A stretch of 63,894 bases of DNA, filler included, from Lenisia limosa (lineage: Eukaryota > Protista > Breviatea), in assembly GCA_001655205.1 (NCBI GenBank). It is 8 parts of 8 records of this genome, joined end to end, with 100 filler letters (N's around TTAATTAATTAA, not from the genome) between each part and the next. Parts side by side here need not be neighbours in the genome. Positions count along the whole stretch, not along the records: positions 7,011 to 23,628 come from LPNZ01007580.1; positions 23,729 to 35,755 come from LPNZ01009901.1; 6 more parts are not named here. The stretch is one strand, 5' to 3'. Within the stretch, counting starts at the first letter, position 1, and the number at the start of each line of letters is the position of its first letter. Below, in pieces: positions 13,006 through 23,974 of the stretch. The position numbers and the translations under genes were made by a program. The notes beneath the pieces were generated by a model. It worked only from the letters and a program-made list of their open reading frames with translations. It was not told the DNA's origin and did no database searches.

Positions 13006-16000
13006 CTAGACAAGGTTGTTCTTCTCTGGTTGGAGGAAGTTATCAACGACAGCCTTGGTGACGGCGGCGTGGAGTTGGCGCACCTCCTCACGTGACTGCC
13101 CCACCTTGCCGGCAACCTCAACTGCAGGGGTCAAAGCAAGACAGACAAAATACTGTGCTGTGGAAATTACTCTTTCCGTGTATCTAGTGTTACACAAAAA
13201 GGGTTGGAAAAAGAGAAACCCCAGATTTTGAAGAAGCTAATCCCACCGTAGTACTTAAGCTTGGGCTCGGTTCCAGATCCACGGAGAGTTGCCACAGTGC
13301 CGTTTTCAAAGGTGAAAGTCACCATAGGGGTGGAGGAGAGGGGGAGCGTGGCCTGAAGTATGAGTAATAAAAATGCGAGGAAATTATTCTCAAATTGCTG
13401 AACAGCTTGATAGGTGCGAGGGTGTCGGATAATGGACTCCCCAGAGAAATAGAGATAATATCGATATATGCCATCAGTTATGATAAACACGTCGGGAAAC
13501 ATGAGGGTGAAGTGGTAAGTGAGAAAAATACAACTTAGTTTCATGGGGCGTCTCTGCATAATACCCTCGCCAACCTTGTTGTTGGGCTGGGAGGTATCGA
13601 GACCAGAGACAAGGTCGCGGACATAGCGGATCTTGAACTCGCCGCAGGTAGTGGGATAGGCTATGTGGGTTANNNNNNNNNNNNNNNNNNNNNNNNNNNN
13701 NNNNNNNNNNNNNNNNNNNNNNNNNNNNNNNNNNNNNNNNNNNNNNNNNNNNNNNNNNNNNNNNNNNNNNNNNNNNNNNNNNNNNNNNNNNNNNNNNNNN
13801 NNNNNNNNNNNNNNNNNNNNNNNNNNNNNNNNNNNNNNNNNNNNNNNNNNNNNNNNNNNNNNNNNNNNNNNNNNNNNNNNNNNNNNNNNNNNNNNNNNNN
13901 NNNNGCAAGATTATCGGTATTATTTTTGTTTTATCAAAAAGAATTCAATCACCCCCCCTAATGCCCACGAGGTTTCTTGACTTGAGGTGATGAACCATCT
14001 CGGCCATCATCGCGGCCGCACGAACACCGTCCTTGTCCAGAGACATGGGGCCGAGCATGAACCCTGAGGGTTAAGAAAATATCAATGCCATTGATACCAA
14101 TAAACTATGCACAATTAGTACTTGAATGTGGGCCCTACCAATAGCCTCCTCGTAAGCGAGAAGAACCTTCATGTCTTCCTTGCGGGTGATTTCGTCAGCA
14201 AGGTTGCCCATGAACTTGAAACCTGTCAAGGTGTCCTGAAATATCAGCAAAAGCATAAATATGAATTCCCAATGCTTCTCCAGCAAAAATAAAAACACAA
14301 AAGAGCAGTAATTGCATACACGGAAGACACAGCCTTCCTTGTCAGCCATGGCCTTGAGGAACTTGGAGGAAACGGCAGTAGAGATGAGAGCAAGCTTTTC
14401 TGAGAAATCAACTGAGTACAACATTTCAAACTTACAATGCCATTCTCACAATAGCCTCACATTTGTCCGAAAAGGATTTTTCCTTATCCTTTTCGTAACA
14501 AAGCTTCCCAACGTACCAGCGGGAACACCAGGGAAGACCTTAGCACGGTTGTCCCACATCCAAGCACCGAAAATGCAGCCAAGCTCGTTGCCATTGAAGA
14601 GTCTCCATGAGCCATCCTTCTGCAATGGTGAGCTGCAGGACGGAGATGAAAGCTCATTNNNNNNNNNNNNNNNNNNNNNNNNNNNNNNNNNNNNNNNNNN
14701 NNNNNNNNNNNNNNNNNNNGGCATCAGGGTCATTGGCGAGGATAACAGTAGCGCCATTAGCCTCAGCGGTTTTCATGGAGAGTTCCTGGGGGAGGGGGTC
14801 ACTTGAAGCAGTCATCAAAGTGCCAACTTTTATCATGTGAGAAGAAATAAAAGAGATCAAACTCCTATTCATGGTATAGCCTCCCCACCAGAGCGCCTGC
14901 ACCTTCCTCGGGGTTGGGGTACTCAACCTAAAGTGTCAGAAACCACAATAAAATGCCAAAAACTCTATATTCCAAAAACATAAAAAAAAAAATAAAAAAA
15001 AAAAGCCACAAACATAAAATGCCAAAAACACAATAAAATACCAAAACATATGATATAATATNNNNNNNNNNNNNNNNNNNNNNNNNNNNNNNNNNNNNNN
15101 NNNNNNNNNNNNNNNNNNNNNNNNNNNNNNNNNNNNNNNNNNNNNNNNNNNNNNNNNNNNNNNTTACAGTGGGGAAAGTGGGGTCGGGGTTGACTTGCTC
15201 CTTGACAGGGATGAAGGCGGGAAGGTTGAAGGCCTGTGTCCGGTAAAAAGGGGGGAGTGACAAAAGGGAATTCCAAATCATATGAGATGATATTTATGTA
15301 TACTATGATATGCATATGATATACATGTACTATATGTATGATGAAAATAACCTGTTGAAAATCAGGGGGAAACACCTCCCCCCCCCCCACCTTGAAGCAC
15401 TTTGCGACAGCCTCGGTACCAACACCATGCATGGCAGTATAGACCACGGGGGAGGCAGTGGCATTGTTGGCACTGTTTGGTTAGATTTGAAGCATAATTT
15501 TGGTGAAGAATCACAATAGTATGATATAGATATCTATCAGCCTTAGAAAGGCTATTCTTCGATATTAAAACCTCAGCAGTTGTACCCAGCCAACCGATGC
15601 CAACACAGGGTTTCCTTGGCAATCTTCATGTAGTTCGACTCAACGTCTTCGAGACAGTCCTTCACGAGGGGAGAGGTCTCGTACTGATATGTTAGTATAT
15701 GCTCCCAATCACCAGGTAGCCAAACAAACACCACACCCCACCCCCCACGAGTTTGTCGTCGATAGCCCAGGGCTTGAGGTTCTCGTTGATAGCCTTGAAG
15801 ATGTGGCCGTCAACGGGAGAGTTGATCTGGGCGGTGTTGTCCCAGAACACCTTGTAGCTGCAGTGTCAATGCGGTCGCGATGCAAAAATTGGGTGTGGTG
15901 ATTCTCCAAGATTAGCTAGGAAACCTGTTTTGAATAAGAACACCCACGCACCCGTTGTCGTCCTTGGGGTTGTGCGAGGCGGTGACAATGATACCGCAGA

Positions 16001-17355
16001 CACTGTTAGTGTGCTTCACACCAAAAGCCTAGGGGGGGGGGTAAACCCTGTAAATGGGAAACGCAACATGGAACTTCGTGTAATTCCTACGGCTTCACTT
16101 AGGTAAGACAAAGATTGGTGAACTATCGAAATATATCGATGATATATCGAGAAATTCAGTCATTTTCTGGATCTGAGTGAAGCCCGAGTTATTTCCCACA
16201 TACAACGTAGGGGGTGGGGACAATCTTGGAGAAGAGTTGAACGGGAATACCTAAGAAATGGTGTAAAAAAAATGTCAAAGTGTTCATTTATTTAAAAAAA
16301 CACTGCTAAATATGTCAAATATAGGAATAACCAACCCTTGGAAAGGAAAACGGAGGCAGAGATGCGGGCGAACTCCTCAGAATGGAAGCGACCGTCATAA
16401 CTATCGGAGGGTAAAGCAGGAATGCCAACAGTTTGAAAAAAAAAAAAATAGTATCATTGGGAATAGCATAGAAACAATATATGATATCTAATAATCAAAG
16501 TCTGTGATGCCATCTCAAAGAAGTATGGAACATACTCCATGACAACACAGTCTCATTCCCTTATATATGATATATAGCAATGAGAAATAAAAAATAAGTG
16601 TATCTGGCCGAAGCCGTCCACCCATCACGCTTATAAGAGATATTGATTGGATTATAGTATTAATTCCCCCAATCATTTGCCTTACAACTCTGTGCACACA
16701 GCTTTCTGCCTGCCTCCCCAGCATACCCAATGATGACACCACGCTCCTTGGCGTCAGCGAAGGCGTCAAGAACGTGAGCACAGAGACCCTAGGACACTAT
16801 GAGAGCGGTTTGACTGCTATGAGGGAAAGAGCCACAATATTAAATCAAAACAAGCCAATTGATGTGTTTTGGTAAAAAATCAAGGCGGATCTGATACGAT
16901 ATCATATCCATATAATTCCTGTTTCTACAGCACGCCATATTTTGCATTCTACACTGATTTGACACATTTGACACCTACACATTCTCTAGAGTAGTCTTAT
17001 AACCCCAAGAAAGATGTAGAGTAATAAAAGCACTGACCTGAGAGGCTTGACGGACGGTGAGGTGGTTCATGCAGTTCCACCCAGCACGCATCTTTCCACG
17101 AAGTCCTAAAAGGGTCACAGTTGTCAACAGCGAGCAGGATAACCAAGGATCACCAACCTGCGGTTCCAAATGCAATGCGCTTGCCCATAGTCTTCTGCAA
17201 CTCCTCAACATTACCCTCCTTCACGAGCTAAATCGAGTAACACCGACTTTCAGAGAAGAGCAAACCTTCTTAACCTCCTCGCGAGTCTCTTCGCATTTAT
17301 CCCACTCCAGCCATTGGGAGATCTTAGCTTCAAGTTCAACGGGAATTTGGGCCAT
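13006..17355 (-). CDS. PGM2: Phosphoglucomutase/phosphopentomutase, PGM2 family
   Basis: Spliced motifs [40 protein letters not shown] (catalytic Ser), [53 protein letters not shown] and the C-terminus [10 protein letters not shown]. Confidence 0.95.
16091..16185. mobile_element. MITE family A copy (PGM2 intron)
   Basis: ggcttcactt...gagtgaagccc with the shared atcgat/atcgagaaatt core. Further copies at 7-102, 3720-3790, 55217-55305, 57468-57562, 58245-58326, 58548-58622 and 59160-59252. Confidence 0.75.
16580..16709 (-). repeat. Dispersed intronic repeat family B (sense to the host gene)
   Basis: atgagaaataaaa..aag.tgtatctggccgaagccgtccac(a)ccatcacgcttataagagatattg. Also at 22085-22151, 56790-56872, 58333-58403 and, as the reverse complement, 61335-61380. 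Confidence 0.8.
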
Positions 17356-17596
17356 ATTGATGATTCAGAAAAGGTCCAGAAAGGTGATTTTTTTGAATAT
17401 AGAAGATTTTTTCTAGAATATTCTTCCATCCAAGTTTCAATATTTAATGATAGACACAATTGCCCACTTTACCACGCAGGTTGGCTCATGAAAATTATCT
17501 AAGGCTTCCATAAGGAGTTTTAATTAAAGATATTCTAATTTTATAGCACCAGAACAGCTATTTGAGATCTGATCTTTCAAACAAGTTGTCATCAAG
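17356..17596. promoter_or_regulatory. Putative bidirectional promoter between PGM2 and DMC1
   Basis: Divergent ATGs at 17355 (-) and 17597 (+), 241 bp apart. No cis-elements identified. Confidence 0.5.
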
Positions 17597-19455
17597 ATGG
17601 TAGAACAGGAAAAGTAAGCTTGTTTAAAAGTGTGTATACCTTTAAAAAATATAAATTCAACAAATTAGTTCAGATTTCTCTTTTATTTTGAGTTATTACT
17701 TTTGTGAACACTCTATTTCTCCAACTTTTTCAGTGTTGCGGTTAATCAAGAAGCTGCTGAGCAAGTAGAAGAAGTTTATGAAGAGGTTGAGCAGCACTTC
17801 TCCAACATCGATGATTTAGTGAATGTCAGCCAAACACTGTGTCTTTATTTTGACCCTTCCTCACCTGCATTAATTTTAAAATACTACATTATTACTATTT
17901 TTGCCTAGAAAACAAACGCAACACCCTTACCTTCGCAGTTTGGCATCAATGCCCAGGACATCAAAAAGCTCAAGGAGGGGGGGTTCCATAGTATTGAAGG
18001 CCTTGGAATGTTTACAAAAAAGGAGCTCTGCGCTTGTAAAGGAATTAGCGAAAACAAGGTTCGTTCCGGAACTGCGATATTCCTAACTTTTCAAGGTTGA
18101 CAAAATTCTTGAGGCAGTGAACAAGAACAGCTCTCTCCTATTCCAAACGGGAAACTCCTTTATGAAAAGAAGAGGGAACGTCATCAAAGTAAGTTGTGAT
18201 ATTGATGCTATTGAATTTTCTATCGTCATCACAAAACTCCATTATTGTTTAGATTACTACCGGTTCCGAAGTATTTGACGAGCTTCTTGGTGGCGGAATT
18301 GAGACCATGTCAATCACCGAGGCCTTTGGCGAGTTTAGAAGCGGAAAAACCCAGCTTGCCCTCACGTATGTTTACTCATTCGATTGTTTACTGAAATAAC
18401 AAGAGTCTCATGTTTCACATTGAAAATTACAGCTGGTGTTTAATAATTCATTCAGATTGGCTGTAACTGCACAACTGCCCACTAGCATGAAAGGTGGAAA
18501 TGGTCGAGTAATTTTCATCGATACCGAAGGAACATTCAGACCAGAGAGAATCATCCCTATTGCCGAACGTTATGGTTAGCATATTGTTCATTGAAAAGCT
18601 ATTTTATATCATATGATGCGTATCTGACGCCATTGCAGGAATGGACCCAAGTCAGGCGCTGGAAAACATCCTTGTTGCCCGTGTTTACACTCATGAAGCT
18701 CAGATTGATCTCGTCAAACATGCCGGTATGAAGTGATATCATGCTGTTTATTCTCACGTTTGACTCATATCTTGTAGCAGCAAGAATGGCTGAAGAGAGA
18801 TTTGTTTTGCTGATTGTTGACTCTTCGACGGCTCTATTCAGAGTTGACTTCACTGGACGTGGAGAACTCTCTGAAAGACAACAGAAAATGGGTAAGTTGT
18901 TTTTCGGACTTCATTACGAAATGGTTTTCATATGATGCATTTAACAATCTAGGACGATTCCTCTCACGTCTCATGAAACTTTCTGAGGAGTTCAATTGTG
19001 CCTGTTTCATAACTAATCAAGTCATGTCAAACCCTGATGGTGAGTAGTGGGATTGTTTTTGTGAAATCCACAATTTCCGTTTGCTCTTATCCTTGCAGGT
19101 TCCATGTTTATGGCTGATCCACGTAAGCCCATTGGAGGAAACATCATGGCTCATGCCTCAACCACAAGACTGTACCTCAAAAAGGGCCGTGGTGAAACAC
19201 GTATCTGCAAAGTGGGGGAGTAAAACAAAGGTCATTTCAATGGGTGGGGTTATTGTCATTCTTCCAATTGTTCCCAAATTGTTCCATCATTCACAATTCC
19301 AGATTTATGATTCGCCCAGCCTTCCAGAATCGGAATGTGTCTTCCAGATTTCAACCGAAGGAATCAGTGGGCTTTTAAGTGGAAATATGCCCTAACCAAC
19401 TGAGTTCTTTACTCCATTCCCAGTACTAAAACATTCAGCTGATGCCAAGGAGTAG
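17597..19455 (+). CDS. DMC1: RAD51/DMC1-family recombinase, most like meiotic DMC1 (12 exons)
   Basis: Full splice: [36 protein letters not shown] (Walker A), [109 protein letters not shown] and SEEFN are DMC1-type. Confidence 0.85.
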
Positions 19456-20100
19456 ACGCCTCCGTTCACTGTACATTACCAAGGAACCAAGAACTGTATA
19501 ATATATTTATTTAATGTGGAATGATGATGCCTCAAACTATTCAATACTTGCAAAATATAGCTCTTGTTCGCGATTGTCCATAAAATATTCATGCATGTCA
19601 TCATGTACTTTACCTTAACCTATGTAGACCTGACCATGATACGACTCCAACTAAAACGGTTAAGCAAAATGATACTATGTGACACTCAATTGGATGCAAA
19701 AAAAAACAAAACAATTAGCATCTCTTGCAAGCTCACAGGCTGTGTTGGTACAAAAGGGTCGTAAATAACCTGGTTCAAGTCAACAAATGACACAATCAAT
19801 CAAAGAGGGTAAAAGGAAAATCTATTTGAAGATAATCTGTTCTTGAGAATTGATGAGTGAGGACAATGATCTTATTCAATACAATTACCCCGCAAACCGT
19901 GTGCATCACATCTTATAAGCTTCAAGTGATCTAAAAGATTAGAAACGACTACGGCTAAACGGAAGCAATTCATCAGCAATAACAATACACAAGAACATTG
20001 TTTGACAGTAGATTCGTATATACGATTACCCCTACCTCTTCTGTCTGTTCTTCCATTTTCTGGTTTGTGGGACATTCATCTATCATGTGTGCATGTACTC

Positions 20101-23000
20101 CTAAAGTTTGTCGTGTAGCTGGTTAATTGAATTGTAGCTTTCCGAGAGAGAAACCAGACAGTCTGATAGTGATGTGCGGGGTGTTTCGTGAGATTTAGAG
20201 ATACGGGGATAGGATAGTGGCTGAGCCGTCTTGGTAGCCGCAAATGTAGATCTTTCCGATCGCTTCTTCGGGGTCAATTCTTCTAATTGTCGCATTGGGG
20301 ACTGGGTTCTGCCGTCATCAAGAGAGCGTATCTCCACGGAATTGGACGGGACTTGTGAGGCTACAACGGATGTAGGCAGAGGTGGTGGAAGGTCATGGTC
20401 TACGCAGTCAGGAGGGAAATAGAACGGTCCATGACACTTATTCAATTCAACAATAAAGAGTAAGTATCATAGAGTTTAATATTATCTTACACAAAATAGA
20501 CCCACCTGCAACATTGACATTGATAAAAGGCGGCAGCATAATTTGGCCACATGTACATGGGCGCATGCTCTCAACCACATTCGAGAGTTGGGAAGGAAGA
20601 CATCCCAACCCGAATGATCCTTTGACCAAACAGCCTTGGGATATATGAGGGTAGCTTTTTTGTATACGGCAGTTTTATTGCTATCAAACCAACAATAATA
20701 ACATGAAAATCAACATAAAAGCGGAAGGAAAATCACCTAATGGTAACCCTTCCCACCATCTTGGACTGTAACAAAGTTTTCAACGAACATTTGACAGTCA
20801 TTTAAGCTGTTGAAACCTGATGGTCGGGTGGGTAAATACAAGTCACAAATCTGATCGCAATAAGTTGTCAAGTCAAATTATCATCATCAAAGAACATGCT
20901 CAAAAAAACAAATAGTACCACGCATACACAGGATTTTAGTCAGGTCAACAAGCGACATTGTGGCGGTAGTGGCACTGATAACGCGAAGAGCCTCGGCTCG
21001 GAACCGGTCAAAGTGCTGATGCAACAGACACCTTAAGTGGAACCAGCCTGGTGGTCAAATGGGGAGGTGGAAAGAAATTTTAGAGAAAACTGCCTAAAGA
21101 AGCCACTTTGTGGNNNNNNNNNNNNNNNNNNNNNNNNNNNNNNNNNNNNNNNNNNNNNNNNNNNNNNNNNNNNNNNNNNNNNNNNNNNNNNNNNNNNNNN
21201 NNNNNNNNNNNNNNNNNNNNNNNNNNNNNNNNNNNNNNAGTCCTTGGCACGGACCAATTCAAAGAAAAGAGCATAGTTTCGCATGATATGGGCCTGGAAG
21301 ATGCGTATCGCGTATTGGAGCTGAGTAGTAAAGGAATGGAATGGTTTACCTTTCCTTCAAATTGAAAAAAAAACTCTAAATATGCTCATGTTGTGTTAAA
21401 GAGACCCATCCTACATGAACGTTATCAAGTACGTTGTGTGGAAGCTTGAGGGTTTTGTTCAAAGTTGTGACGTTTCCAAGGTTTGAAATGAGTTCATACG
21501 CTCTGGTGGTGTTAGCATACCACACGACTATCAGCAGACCAAATCACCAAAATATCATCAAATGAGATCATGCTGTGTCTTCCCTCACCGCATTTCAGGT
21601 TCTGCAGGATTCTTTTTGGACTGGGGATCTGAGACGCGCGAATCTGCGTACTAAAGTATCACAATCGAATAGTGCATATCCCAAAATAGCAAGTCAATGC
21701 TGACCTCAAAACTGAGGGAAGTGAAACAATCGGAGATTCTCCTGTTGTTGTTTGCAGGATCATAGTGTTCAACGTCTTCTTGGCACAAATCATGCTAAAG
21801 ATAAAGATTCAGTACATGATACATCAAAGGACTGTTTCAGGTAGCATGGTATAGCCAAAGTATTGCTGAACCTACCGAAATAGCAATGAAGTACCTTGCC
21901 TGGGCCTCGAGGATTTCAACCACAATCCTTCCAGATAATCTGAGAAATAACATTTTATTGACAATAATGGAGAGGGAGGGGGGGCATTCAATCCAAAACG
22001 GGTGTATATTAGTTCATCATGCACATTCCCACACCAACCTCAGAATATATGATATATCATATATAATATGTAGTACATATAAAGATGAGAAATAAAACAA
22101 GGTTGTAACCAGCCCAAACCGTCCACACCATCACGCTATCAGAGATATTGGTTACCAACCTCAGAATAGTGATATCTTGCTGGATGCCACGCATTCGGTC
22201 AGAGACAAAGCCGTTTAATTCTCTTTGGGGAATACCTAAAGCATGGTAAACGGATAAAAGGACACCATTGTGCTATTTAAAGCAGACGTAAAAGCAAAAT
22301 AACTGTAGATTATGATTTGACGATATAAAGCCAAGTTTTTGATTCATACGCATGATTCCACCAAGGATTTCACAGCCCACTTTTAACATCCACAACTCTG
22401 GAAATTAAGAAGCGCATCGTTCTTATGAGTTGATAAGGCGTCCGCAACTCGGAAGGGTCTGCTTCATCCTAAAGAATGAGAACAATACCAACTGATTTTT
22501 TGTAATATTAGAGAAGTAATAAAACTTGAATTACCCCCCACCCCCCCTCTTCCGCTCACTTGTCCAGCACTGGACCTTCGATACTTACGCACACAATACG
22601 CGCTGTTTGCCTTTTTAAAAAGCCCAAACTCAACCTGCAAAATTATGAAATTGAAAAGAGAAACAGCACCTCATACATGTTTACGACATTAAAGCAACTG
22701 ATTAACTCTCCCCATCGCGTACCCCTCCAGTTTCAATAAAATGAACATCTCTTTGTCTTTGTCTCTTTTCAATTTCTTGTTTGCTGCACATGGTATGACA
22801 GGCTGGGACAATGGATGTTCCACATGCCTAATCTGTGAAAACTACTGGAAAACGAGAGGTAGTTAAATGAGAATACATCAGGCGGAGAATACAGCTGTAT
22901 ACCTTAAACTGGATGTCAGGATTACTTCCTTCATCGTTGCTGTGATGGTAACAAACGTCAAAGATGGACTTATCTAAATGGTAAGATAGAGGCTAAAAGC
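20101..23000 (-). CDS. SAC3/GANP-domain protein
   Basis: Exons: CHTMCSKQEIEKRQRQRDVHFIE, VRKYRRSSAG, PSELRTPYQLIRTMRFL, FVSDRMRGIQQDITI, EILEAQARYFI, EPEMRAYELI, LQYAIRIFQAHIMRNYALFFELV, LLHQHFDRFRAEALRVI. Stop TAG at 20101-20103. Start not resolved. Confidence 0.85.
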
Positions 23001-23974
23001 TTGCTTACATCCCATTTTTGTCACAAAAAGAAGGTGCCTGATACAACCGACAGCACTCAATCTACTGTTTTTCTACTCTACCACTCGTATCAAGGCACAC
23101 GCATTCAAAGCACACACAAGCAAAACAAAGTCAAACAAATGGTAGTAAAATCCGTATTTTCCCCTGGGCACAAACCCTGATTTTTCAGTGTGGTCATTCC
23201 GCCAAACCTTAAACTTACCTTGGTCAGCCATCCTTGTGATCACTCAGGCAAGGAGGCCAATCCCGGAACCCTCATTGCACTCCAGAGGCGGAAAGGGTTG
23301 GGATTGTCATTTCATTGGCATCTCCTGACTAGAATTTCTACTTCTGGGAATGTGACTTAACGGTCCTTTCCCGACCCCTTTTTATTTGCTAAAACAACAG
23401 AAGACGTCTTTAGACACGTCTTGAGCGTGAATACACTCCCCGCTTTACGTTTTTCCCTTTTAAAACAAATAAAGCAATCGATTGCATAAAAACATACTTG
23501 CGCATCAGTGCAAAAATATAAATACACCAGAAAACGAAACAGCTAAGAAGTAATAATAGAAGAAAGGTGGAAGGTTGGGCGGCTTGGTGGCAGACTTTCA
23601 ATCAGGCCATGTTGCAGAATAGTACTGTNNNNNNNNNNNNNNNNNNNNNNNNNNNNNNNNNNNNNNNNNNNNTTAATTAATTAANNNNNNNNNNNNNNNN
23701 NNNNNNNNNNNNNNNNNNNNNNNNNNNNATGGTGGTGATGGCCGGTTTTGTGTGTAATCTGGGTGTGTGTATAGTGAATATCAGGAGTGGGGTCATGGTG
23801 GTGGTTGAGAGGTGTGAATGTGGAGTGAAAACTTTATTCGGGTCTCAACAATGGTATTATTAAACAGTATGTCATAAATGATATTATATAATGTGATTTT
23901 CGGAAGATTCAGTTTTATTAGGAGAGTTTATTGCAATATTATTTTAATTTAACATGTCAAATAGTGACTTTCCA

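Noticed and set aside
13006-20103. Non-standard genetic code (stop reassignment)
   Set aside because: Conserved genes end at the expected positions with TAG (PGM2, DMC1, SAC3) or TAA, and no in-frame stops are needed within conserved exons.
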